A stretch of DNA of 64,000 bases, taken from the NCBI GenBank assembly GCA_043228905.1, contig JBHGNT010000015.1:11222001-11286000 (forward strand). Direction: 5' to 3'. Made by a program: the position numbers and the translations under genes. The number at the start of each line of letters is the position of its first letter. Within the stretch, counting starts at the first letter, position 1. Under the pieces are notes generated by a model. That model saw nothing but the letters and a program-made list of their open reading frames with translations, made no database searches and was not told where the DNA came from. Shown piece after piece: positions 36,727-47,589 of this stretch. Source of the stretch: Azolla caroliniana. Taxonomy: Eukaryota > Plantae > Polypodiophyta.

Positions 36727-39700
36727 TGTTGGGGACAAAGGCCGTGTCGATGCGGAAGATCAAATAGCATTCGATTCGTTTTGAGTACCTGCGTATGACA
36801 GTTTGCAAGATCGTGCACAGAGACAGAGAGAGAGAGAGAGAGAGAGGCACAAAATAACTTTCTATTCAATAGAAAAGAATAATACAACCAACCTTACAAA
36901 AAGGTTACAAGGTCACTTTATATAGTGACCGACTTAGGGCAACTACCATTTATGCTAATTACACAAATGGCCCAAACTTGATCTATACAAAGAGATAGTG
37001 TGAATACGTCCATTATACACTTGTATTCGACACTCCCCCGTAATGGGCGTATACATGGGTTATCTAAGATTACAGGTATAAACCTAGGTTCTCGGACATA
37101 TCAGTTTTGTTCGAGTCGGCAGGGTCCGAAGGCAGAAGACCGGACTGGTCGGGTCGGAAGAGTTGAAGCCGATCGTTAAGGAACTGATGTCAGTTGTCGG
37201 AAACCATCCTGCGCTGTGTCCGGCTCTAACCGGACTGGTTTGTCGTTACGCCCATCTGATGCCGAAGGGACCGAAAGCGGTCTGCCGAAAGACACTTGGT
37301 CATTCCATCTGCGACATTGTCGGTTGTGGATATTTTCTCTAGACCGATTTTCCCTGAAATGACGCAGTCCCGAACGAAGTGATACCGAACGTCGATATGT
37401 TTGGAGGCGTTGTGGTGAAACGGATTTCTCGACAAGGCAACAGCACCTTGACTGTCGCTATAGACAACTGGGGCCGAGTCATGGTCGACTTGTCGGAACG
37501 TGTGCGCCAGCCGGCCGAGCCACAAAGCTTCTTTTGCAGCGTCGGACGCAGCTACATATTCTGCTTCGGTCGTTGAGGTCGCTGTGCACTCCTGAAGTTT
37601 CGACTTCCACGAAATTGCTCCATTGCCGAATTTGAAGCAGTATCCAGTTGTTGATTTCCGACTGTCTATACAGCCGGCGAAGTCCGAGTCGGTGTAACCG
37701 ACTACGCCTGAGGTTGAGTTCGGGCCGAAAAGAATGTCGTGATCTTTTGTGCCAGCCAGATATTTGAACACATGCTTGACTGCGTTCCAATGCGATCGGC
37801 CAGGATTGTGCATAAATCTGCTAACGACTCCTACGGCATGAGAAATATCAGGCCGTGTCGCGACCATCAGGTACATAAGGGAGCCGACTGCCGGTGCATA
37901 CGGTACCGACTTCATATCTTCCCCCTCCGGACCGGATGTCGGGCAGTCTCGCTGAGAGAGCCGAAGATTCATGGGGAGCGGGGTTGAAGCAGATTTGGCT
38001 GATTGCATGTTGAAGCGTTCCAAGACACGTCCGATATAGTCGGTCTGAGACAAAAAAAGATGTCGTTTATCGCGATGCCGACTAATCTTCATGCCAAGTA
38101 TGTGTCGTGCAGGACCGAGGTCCTTCATGGCAAACTTCAACCGCAATTGCCGAATGAGATCGGTAAGTTCGCCCGTGTGGCGTCCAGAAATTAGCATGTC
38201 GTCCACGTAAATGATGAGGAAGATGGGTGATCCATCTTGAGCTGTGTTGGTAAAAAGACAATGGTCCTCATCGCTTTTTGAGAAGCCGATCGATTGGATG
38301 AAGTCGTCGAACTTCTTGTACCATTGTCGCGGTGCCTGTTTGAGGCCGTATAGACTCTTCCTGAGTCGGCAGACTAGATGTTCTTGGCCAGGTGCAACGA
38401 AGCCTTTTGGCTGCTCCATATAAATTTCCTCTTCAAGATCACCATGGAGGAAGGCTGTTTTGACATCTAGCTGAATCAGCTCCAAGTTGTCGGCTGCCAC
38501 TACGCCGAGTAGAAAACGAAGGGTTGTCATTTTCACCACTGGTGAAAAAATCTCGTCGAAGTCGACGCCATATTCTTGTCGGAAGCCCTTCGCAACTAAT
38601 CTGGCCTTGTACTTTGGGGTGGTCGAATCAGACGTCTCTTTTAGTCGATAAACCCACTTGCAAGGAAGAGCACGTCGATTCTTAGGTAATTCGACCAGAT
38701 CCCAAGTCTTGTTTGCCCGAATGGAGTGCATTTCCGACTCCATCGCCAGATGCCAGGTGGCGGAATCGACAGATGTCGATGCTTCTTCGTAAGACGTCGG
38801 TTCGCCGGCGTCGGTGAAGAAAATTCCAGGAGAATACCTCTCCGGAGGTTGCGACAGTCTCTCGGATCGTCGAGGTATGATTGGACTGGTCGCATCGGGT
38901 ATCGAGGTCGGATGGTCCGAAAGCGAATTATTCTGCTGTGCCGAGTCAGAGTTGTCCGAGTCGGTGGTGTAAGGTTCAGCTACCCGTGAAGCTGACTGTG
39001 TGTTAAGAGCGGGGCCTTCTTGAAGGGTCGGCACATCGGAAAATGTTACCCTTCGGACTTCGATCGGTTTTTCGACTGATGGATTCATAGCCGACTCGTT
39101 GAACACAACGTCCGAACTTCGAACGATTTGTCTGCGTTCGGGGTCCCAGAGTCGGTATCCCATTTCGCCGTCTGATCCATATCCAAGGAAAATGCATTTC
39201 CTGGACCGAGGTGCAAGTTTTCGGCGATCATCTTTCGGAATAAGGGCGTACGCCTCGCATCCGAAGATTCTCAGCTTGTCGTAATTCGGCTTACTGCCGA
39301 TCCATAGTTCCTGAGGAATTTGAAGTCCTAGAGGTCTGCTTGGCGACATATTGATTATGTGTACAGCCGTGAGTAGAGCCTCTGCCCAGAAGCCATCCGA
39401 CAGTCCGGAGTGTTGGAGCATGGAAACTATCCGTTCTTGGATTGTCCGATTCATGCGTTCTGCAATCCCGTTTTGCTCCGGACTGTGTGGTGCCGTAAAT
39501 TCACGTCGGATGCCGCGTTGTCGGCAGAATTTGACGAATTCTTCTGATTTGAACTCTCCCCCATTGTCTGTCCGAAAGCATTTCAGTTTTCGGTCAGTTT
39601 GATTTTCTACCATAGCGAGCCAATCGGAGAAGATCGAGAAGACACGATCTTTGGTTCGAATTGGATAGGCCCACACCTTTCGAGTCGAATCGTCAATAAA

Positions 39701-42263
39701 ACTGACGAAGTAAGAGGCACCGCCGAGAGACTGATGCGGCATTGGGCCGCAGACGTCCGAGTGGACTAAATCGAGAGGTCTCGTTTCTCTTGGTGCTGAT
39801 GTCGGGTGTGATGCGGCTGCTTGTTTGCCATACTGGCAATGTTCGCAGAATTGATGGTCCGAGAAGGAGAGTTTAGGGATGTATCCGGCTCTAGATAGGT
39901 GCGTAATGCCGGCCTTGCTGAGGTGTCCTAATCTTCTGTGCCATAGTGATGACACAGGAATATCCACCAAAAACAGGTTACCCTCTCTGAGCGTAACATG
40001 TAACGGATACAGTGAGTGTATCTTGGGTCCTCTAGCAAGCAGGAGGTTCCCCCTGTGGAGTGTCCACCCTCCCGAAGAAAAACCGACACGAATGTCGTCT
40101 TCATCTAGTTGTCCGACTGAGATCAATGGCCTTGAGAGCTCGGGTACATGTCGGACATTGCGAAGTACAAGTGTAGAGCCACCTGCAAGGTTGAGCTCTA
40201 CTGTGCCGATTCCAATGATGTCACAGTGTTGCGAGTTGCCGACTCGAACTGAGTCGGAGTGACGGATCGTATATTGCCGAAATTGGGATCGATGAGGAGT
40301 CACGTGAAATGACGCGCCCGAATCTAAGAGCCATGTGCTCGATTCTTCAGTCGTGAGCAGAACTTCTGATCCGACTGGATTTTCGATTGATAGTATATTC
40401 GGGTCGTTTGGTAGCACATCAGCTGAGAAGCTGACGTAATTGATCTCCTCATGCCGGCCACTCTTCTTGTCTGATTTCTGAGACTTGTTGTTCTTGTTCT
40501 TGAGTGCGCGGCAGTCGGCTTTGATGTGTCCGGGTTTCTTGCAATAGTTGCATATTCGATTATCCCGTGACTGGCTCCGTCTTCGCTGATTGTTCGGCTG
40601 CCGTGAGGAATCTCTTCCTCGTATGTTCGATCGGTCTGTCGAACCTTGTACTACATAAGCGTCGTCTGTTGAGTCTTTGGCAAAAGACTTTCTCCGAGCT
40701 GCTTCGGTCAGGATTGCGCTCGTGACTTCGGAGTATTTAACAGCCGTGGTTGACGCGTTGCACACGGTTGTGACGAAAGTTTCCCATGATGAGGGAAGGC
40801 TGCTCATGAGTATCATTGCTCTGAGTTCATCCTCGATTGCCGTCCCCTGAGATGAGATTTGGGAGCTTATGCTTTCGTACTCATTGAGATGTGCTTGAAC
40901 CGAATCGGATTCTTTCATCCGCAAGTTGTAGAGGCACCGGATCCGAAACATCTTCGTTGCGGCGACCTTCTTTTCGTAAGTGTCCGACAATGTTTTCCAC
41001 AGTTCGAATGCTGTCGTACACGATTGCACCGTAAAGTATACCGATTCCGATAGGTGCATCCGAATCGTGGCGCGGACGATTCTGTCCAGCTTCTGCCACT
41101 CAATTGGTTTGTATCCTTCTGGAGGTTCTTCATTTTCGATGGGATCGATTTGCCCCTTGACTATGAGATAGTCCTGCATTTGCTCCTTCCAGAAGTTGAA
41201 GTTCGATCCATCGAACTTTCGTAGACTCATTTCTGACGAGCCGGATGTTGATGCCATCAAATTTGGTTTCGGTTGACGAAGCTCGGTTCGGAGTTGACTA
41301 CGAACCTTGTTGGAGTGCAGCCGGTTGGCTCACCCGATATCGTTCTAGTCGGATTTGAACCCGAGTCGGTTCGGCTTCGGATATATGTGTTGTTGAACTT
41401 GCTCGAATTGACTCCGGTAACTTGAGGGACAGAACCGACTGGTCTTCCCGAATGTTGCCGAGTCGGAGTGAGCCCGGTTCGCTTCCGAATATATATGCCA
41501 AATACCGATTATTGAAACCGATTGTCTGGACCGATTCTGCTTCGGGTGACTGCAGCGACGAGAGAGACGGATCCAACTGATCCTCCCGAATGTCGATCAG
41601 CCGGATGAAGCACGAATTGGGGTTGTTGTCTTGAGACCGATCTGCACCGAGTGGTTACAATGAGCGGCAAGCAACGTTTGATGACCTCTTCGGATGCCGT
41701 TTAACCGAGTGGAGCACGATCGTGTCAATGTTGCACTAGGGGATTTCACCTCGAGCGGTTACGATCACAAGGAACAGAGTACAACCGGCTGGCTTACTCC
41801 AAGTGAAGATGATCTAACGCGATGAGATGCAAGCCTCGTTTTTTCTTCTTCTTCTCTCTTCTTCGAATGACGCAGGAAACCGAATGCTGTGCAGGCTGAG
41901 ACGACGGCCGACAGCGAGTTGAAGGACCGAATACTGTGCAGGCTCTGATACCAGATGTTGGGGACAAAGGCCGTGTCGATGCGGAAGATCAAATAGCATT
42001 CGATTCGTTTTGAGTACCTGCGTATGACAGTTTGCAAGATCGTGCACAGAGACAGAGAGAGAGAGAGAGAGAGAGAGGCACAAAATAACTTTCTATTCAA
42101 TAGAAAAGAATAATACAACCAACCTTACAAAAAGGTTACAAGGTCACTTTATATAGTGACCGACTTAGGGCAACTACCATTTATGCTAATTACACAAATG
42201 GCCCAAACTTGATCTATACAAAGAGATAGTGTGAATACGTCCATTATACACTTGTATTCGACA
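36727..42263 (-). mobile_element. Intact full-length Ty1/copia family B element
   Basis: LTRs 36727-37032 and 41956-42263, identical by eye except one GA unit; TSD TTCAC; tRNA-iMet PBS 41942-41953; PPT 37033-37040. Confidence 0.97.
37226..41260 (-). CDS. Copia gag-pol polyprotein, 1344 aa, uninterrupted
   Basis: CNYCKKPGHIKADC, LDSGAS, LWHRRLGH, HSDVCG/DNGGEF/NGIAER, YVDD, YTDSD...TEAEY. Confidence 0.97.
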   Translation of the reverse strand: MMASTSGSSEMSLRKFDGSNFNFWKEQMQDYLIVKGQIDPIENEEPPEGYKPIEWQKLDRIVRATIRMHLSESVYFTVQSCTTAFELWKTLSDTYEKKVAATKMFRIRCLYNLRMKESDSVQAHLNEYESISSQISSQGTAIEDELRAMILMSSLPSSWETFVTTVCNASTTAVKYSEVTSAILTEAARRKSFAKDSTDDAYVVQGSTDRSNIRGRDSSRQPNNQRRRSQSRDNRICNYCKKPGHIKADCRALKNKNNKSQKSDKKSGRHEEINYVSFSADVLPNDPNILSIENPVGSEVLLTTEESSTWLLDSGASFHVTPHRSQFRQYTIRHSDSVRVGNSQHCDIIGIGTVELNLAGGSTLVLRNVRHVPELSRPLISVGQLDEDDIRVGFSSGGWTLHRGNLLLARGPKIHSLYPLHVTLREGNLFLVDIPVSSLWHRRLGHLSKAGITHLSRAGYIPKLSFSDHQFCEHCQYGKQAAASHPTSAPRETRPLDLVHSDVCGPMPHQSLGGASYFVSFIDDSTRKVWAYPIRTKDRVFSIFSDWLAMVENQTDRKLKCFRTDNGGEFKSEEFVKFCRQRGIRREFTAPHSPEQNGIAERMNRTIQERIVSMLQHSGLSDGFWAEALLTAVHIINMSPSRPLGLQIPQELWIGSKPNYDKLRIFGCEAYALIPKDDRRKLAPRSRKCIFLGYGSDGEMGYRLWDPERRQIVRSSDVVFNESAMNPSVEKPIEVRRVTFSDVPTLQEGPALNTQSASRVAEPYTTDSDNSDSAQQNNSLSDHPTSIPDATSPIIPRRSERLSQPPERYSPGIFFTDAGEPTSYEEASTSVDSATWHLAMESEMHSIRANKTWDLVELPKNRRALPCKWVYRLKETSDSTTPKYKARLVAKGFRQEYGVDFDEIFSPVVKMTTLRFLLGVVAADNLELIQLDVKTAFLHGDLEEEIYMEQPKGFVAPGQEHLVCRLRKSLYGLKQAPRQWYKKFDDFIQSIGFSKSDEDHCLFTNTAQDGSPIFLIIYVDDMLISGRHTGELTDLIRQLRLKFAMKDLGPARHILGMKISRHRDKRHLFLSQTDYIGRVLERFNMQSAKSASTPLPMNLRLSQRDCPTSGPEGEDMKSVPYAPAVGSLMYLMVATRPDISHAVGVVSRFMHNPGRSHWNAVKHVFKYLAGTKDHDILFGPNSTSGVVGYTDSDFAGCIDSRKSTTGYCFKFGNGAISWKSKLQECTATSTTEAEYVAASDAAKEALWLGRLAHTFRQVDHDSAPVVYSDSQGAVALSRNPFHHNASKHIDVRYHFVRDCVISGKIGLEKISTTDNVADGMTKCLSADRFRSLRHQMGVTTNQSG

Positions 42264-42406
42264 TTCACCAAATATTTCCATTATAATCCTCTGGAATGTC
42301 ACTGGTGCGGTCTTTAACCTGAACATCATTACTACTGAGACGAAGACTTCCCATTCAGTGACTAACGTTGTCTTCTCTTGTTTGTCTAGATGCATCCATA
42401 TTGAAA

Positions 42407-42744
42407 CCATCTAGGAAACTGTACACCTCATGTCCGGCTACTGCATCTAGTACTCCGTCCAGTAAAGGGAATGGAAGAGTGGTGGTTCCTGTTGTCGTGA
42501 AAGTTTCCGACTACAGTGAGAAAACCGGATGGAATGGGTAAAGTCGTGGATGTGCAACATGTGCACATGTACATTCCGTCTAGGAAACTATACACCTCAT
42601 GTCCGGCTACCGCATCTAGTACTCCGTCTAGTAAAGGGAGTGGAAAAGAGTTGGTTCCTATTGTCATGAAGATTTCCGGCTACAATGAGAAAACTGGATG
42701 GAATGGGTAAAGTTGTCGATGTGCAACATGTGCACATGTACATT
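42407..42744. repeat. 169-bp tandem duplication spanning a host/LTR insertion junction
   Basis: 42407-42575 vs 42576-42744, each ~86 bp of RT plus ~83 bp of LTR start. Confidence 0.85.
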
Positions 42745-42970
42745 AGGAAATGTATATAAAATAATAGGGGATATTTATCCCACATTGTAACGTCCTTCCT
42801 TCCTTGGACTATAAAACAAGGGAGGGGTCTCTTGTGAAGGGGTTGCCCATTTTGAGTTAGGAGGGTATACTGTTAGATCTAAGGTATGGTAGTCTTTCTC
42901 TTCTTCTTACTTTCTTTAGGGTTTCATTTAGTTCTTCTTCGTTGTCGTCATGTGGGTTGGGTTTCTCATT
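42662..42970 (+). mobile_element. Truncated LTR of the tRNA-Trp group
   Basis: TGTCATGAAGATTTCCGG start, GTGCAACATGTGCACATG block, CTATAAAA..GGGTTGCCCATTTTG..TAGAGGGTATAC matching the E1 LTR; right end approximate. Confidence 0.7.
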
Positions 42971-44099
42971 TGAGTGGAGTATTGTTAGTTCCACACATTG
43001 ACTTTGAGGCAATAGTTCTTCGAGACAAAAATTAAATAAAATTAACGAAATCGAGTCAATCCACAAAGAATTACTAGCACCAATTGGTGTGATGAGTCTG
43101 GTTGATGACAATATGGGGCTAAGTCCGTTGAAATCGAGGTCCTAGGTCAAATGGTGATTGAAAGAGGTTGTAAAAGCCCATAAGAGGATGATGGGGTCTT
43201 TGGAGCATGCATATGTATCACACATTCTAATCAATTCCTTAATTAAATTCCACAAGTGTGGCCATGAATATTTGAAAATCCTAGACCAAGGGTTTTGCAT
43301 TATCAAAAATGTTTGTCCATCTTATGGTGATTATACTCATACAAGATCTTGATTTGACAAGGAATAATTAGCACATTTCCTAGGTCGTTCTAAAGGAGGG
43401 GTCCATCTCCCACTGTGAACTTGGTTTTTGCATTGCCAAAATGCCCATTCATTGCATTGTTAAGACATTGTGACAAGATCTTGATTTTATAGGGTTTGTC
43501 TCACATTGTTCCTAGGGTGTCTTTAAATGTGAATTGATCTAGATCATTGCATTTTGTTTCTTTAATGGAGGTCAACGAAATTTATTTAATCTCCTTGGTC
43601 ATAGTTTCCATGATGATATCTTTGTTTATTGATTCATGGTGGTGCATAGGCCACAAATATTGAATTGTTCAGGCTTCAAAATCCACTAGCTTTGTTGGAT
43701 GTAGGCCTCATCCACCAAAATACAATGCAACATAAAAGAGTGTTCGCTTTACTAAGTTGGAAACCTAGTTGGAAAGAGATTTTGAAATCATAGGTGAGTT
43801 ATAAGTTGAACTCAAGACCTTTTTTATGGTTCAAAGCATGTGGTGTAAAGTAAATTTAAGGCTTTTATGGTTTTTCACCAATTGGATGCAATGTTGGGCC
43901 CCTACCAAGTAGTGTCACTATTCCTCGAATTTAAAGATTGAGGTTTCTAGCTCCTTATCATGCACTAGGTAATTGATTCCTATTAGTTTTTTGCTTCTCC
44001 AAAAAAATATGCTACCCATTAGTTAGGCAGAAATATAGGAGGTATCATATGAACAAGGGTCAGGCCTCATATAGAGCTTTGTGGCTTCGATTAACTCTA

Positions 44100-45040
44100 A
44101 ACTAGAGGCATCCGTCTACACTCTAGGGACAATGGGGCTGGTCTGTCGTGAGCCATTGGACCGCCGCCCATGAGACCTCTCCATAACCTGTGCTACGAGT
44201 TAGTATCCGTAAACTTCGTTGCCATATTTCTTGCGCGTGTATGCAAGACCACAAGCAGTGTTGAGATGATTTAGTCGCTTCACCACAAAAGTGGCAAGTT
44301 GGGTCCAGTCCATATTTGTTGCTCCATTCCCCGGTTGGAAGGGGACGATGGCTAAGCAGCCAGAAAAATGACTTTGTTTTTTGGGGGAGATCGTTAATCC
44401 ATAGTTTCTCTCAAAACATGTGAAAAGAGAAGTAAAGTATGTTGTGTGATGCCCACCTATTTTTAATTCTCGGGTTTTAGCTGCCAATGGATTAGTAGGC
44501 ACCTTCTTAGCCCATAGTATATTAAGTGAAGAACTACCTTTTCTTCTTATTAGGGATGTTCTAATGATATTCCAGAGGGTCCAAGTCGAGTTGTTCTAGC
44601 ATGCGATTATCATAAATCCATACCTTATAATCTTCCTCCCAACTCTCTAGTTCAGGGTCTGTGTGCCATTTCTTGTCCATACACATGATGATTCGAATGG
44701 GATACCAATTCCCTTCAACTTCATTTGAAGAATGCAGGCACATTTGTAGAAAATCACCAATGATTCGCCTTCCTACCTTTTATGGTGACTGTTTTGCCAT
44801 CTCTCATGATGAAATCGAGCCACGTATCACTTGTAGTTTGTGTGGGTGTTGGGGTAACTATCGCCTTCTCTGTGAGTCTAACATTGTTGTAATGTTGTAA
44901 CCTGTCGTGAGTTGACCATCCATTAGTAAGCATCTCCGGTCTCGAAGCGTGTGGATGCCAGCCTGATCAAACCTTCCCGAAGCCATTCCCTTCCTTTAGT
45001 CGAGCATAAGGCCATCCTCAATATATTAGTGTAAACTTCC
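44100..45040 (-). pseudogene. L1-like LINE ORF2 C-terminal remnant (zf-RVT)
   Basis: Manual translation near 44220-44380: SFFWLLSHRPLPTGEW..LDPTCHFCGEATKSSQHCLWSCIHAQEIW; boundaries approximate. Confidence 0.7.
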
Positions 45041-47589
45041 AAGAAGACCTCAATCATGCAATTGATCATGCAATTGGGATAGAAACCATGATCATGCAAT
45101 TGGGATAGAATAACACAAAGAGCAAAGTCAACATGTCAACATGCATGTGTATATACAGATACAAATCACATTTTATATATCTAAAATTGTTAAGTAAAAT
45201 GAATTGGGAGGCAGTCATATAATGTCACTCTCATAAAGGACATAATGGTATCTTGATTCTCAGATAAATTAATAATGTTTGTATTCAAGCCAAACATTCA
45301 CTTCCATGAGCTAATGAGCTCTACATGTTACACCTCTAATAAAAAATGTTTGAGTAGAGAAGCTCACAATGGAAAAGTCCCCCTTATGACCTGGAATATT
45401 CTACATTCAATAATCAAATAAGAAAATTTCTTTGTACAAATGTATTTCTTGGACTCATTTAAATGTTGAAAATGTATCACCAAGACACATAATAGAATAT
45501 CGTTTGGAAATCATTATGAGGAAAATATGGGGTTTACTATGTAAAAAGGAAGATTTTATGGTTGAAAAAGGCTTCTCCGAGGCATACATTTGAAGGTGAA
45601 CAATGACACAGTAGAAAAAACATTTTTGAAATCATTACATGTATGTGCAAACCATGGAAAAAACCAAAATAAAGATTCGCTATTTGCTCTAAGAAAATAT
45701 AGTAGTCATGCGTAAAGACAAAGCCTTGTGTGCATTGCTAAAAATGAGAATGAGGGGGAAAGAAGACAAATATTTTTTAGTTATAGAATACTATGAGAAA
45801 ATTCTAAGGAAAATGCATAATTCAATCATGAGAAGAATTTGATCATGAGCTTAGATAGAAATTAGAATTTGATGAAAATTATTTGTCACACTAGATGAAG
45901 GTGCAATTTGAGAAACCAATAATGGGTCAATGTTTTTTTTAAATATTGTACAAAAAATATTTGAATAAACACATCAGTTTTAACACTCAAATCCCAGTGA
46001 CAAACTTTCTTCCATGAAATACTCATTGAGCCCACCAACCCAAGTTTTCTACCACCCCCATCCTTTGCATGATTAGTAGGCTTTAGAAAGCTTAAGAACA
46101 AATCACTTGGCGAGTTTAAAAGAAATAAGCAATGAAAAACAAAAATTCTAAGATGAAAACATGAAAATAATATATTTATATATGTAGTTAAGTATTATTC
46201 CTAAAATATATGAAACTATCCTTCCTAATACAATTAATTTCAAAATGATAAGGTCATTCAGAAATTGTGATACAAAAAGAAGATTAATATCATAGAATGC
46301 AAGAAGATCTGAAACAAGTCCGCGGAACATATGTATTACATGTCTATGTGATGTTGAACATGTGATTGAAACCCAAAAAAACTATATGGTAGGAATAAAT
46401 GATATGTTACAATTATCTGGTTAGGTTACATAATTGTTTTACTAAAGCATCATATGATATGGTCGAACTTTAGGGGAGCTTGTGCTTGTACATTATTCTC
46501 CATTATTTCTTGTTTATTGATGCGTATATACCTTCCTCTTTATTGAATATGTAATGGCTTCAATTTCCTTCAATGCAATATATACACTTACAAAACTCTC
46601 TTCATTAGCAAAAATATAATTGAAGGTTATACAATTATGATTTTTGAAAGCTAACTAATACAAAGTTTGCATAGTTAAGTGGAAATTGATGTGTTATTAC
46701 TTTTTGCAAAGATTAATAAATAACCAAATCTTAGCATAGTTAATGAACCTTTCACAAACAATATTAACATGACAAAAAATAAATCAAGTCTTGAAGGAAG
46801 AGTTATGCTTTGAAGGAAGAGTAGTTGAAAATAGAAATCTTTATTAATATTCAATCATTAAACACTAAATAATATAATGAGGCTACACATCACTTGCCAA
46901 CCAAATTACTCATGTCTAGAATCTTACTCATTTTCCTAGTGTCCATGGCTTCCGATACTTCTGTACACTAGGGCTTCAATAATATGATGAGAAGATTACA
47001 AAACATTGTCAAGTTGTCAAGTTTATGTTATCCAATCATTGCAAAAATGGAATCCCTAATAACCCTTGGATAAATAGAGGGAGCAATTAGTGTTTCACAA
47101 TGAACTGTGGCAGCTTCGAGCTAAGAAAAATGGCTTGCTCCAACGAAGACGATGAAGTTTGTATGTAATGTGTGACGCACTAATCCTCTCTCTCAATGCC
47201 ACTTATAGATCAATTGTCGTTAGAGGTAGGTTTAGTGAGGTTCTTTTACACAATCATGTTTGAGTGATTTACATATTCCCTTCTCTACTCAATTCAAAAG
47301 ATCAAGTGTGTATACATCTTGAACTAAATAGTCATTTTTGTGGGTTTATGGGGTATCATCCTTTTCATGTTATTCGATAAAGCAATTTATGAGGGGAGCC
47401 AATGATTTGAATGGACACATTGTCTTGTCTCATGCAAGCAATTCTTTACCTCAAGGAAGTTAGCATTGAAAAAAATTTGGATTCTCTTAAATAAATCTTT
47501 CCATCTAGATATCTATGAGCTTTTATCTCCCTGAACTTTAATGCCCTCTGGCAATTCTGCAATGAGCCTCAGCCAAAACTACTTCCTTT

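Larger units (their letters stand above)
36374..42492 (-). pseudogene. Degenerate non-chromovirus gypsy RT fragment split by a copia insertion
   Basis: DGVLDAVAGHEVYSFLDG, FQRIIMEIFGE then VFLDDFAVY, ALSRFLGQI on either side of 36727-42263; same family as 47590-49925. Confidence 0.8.
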
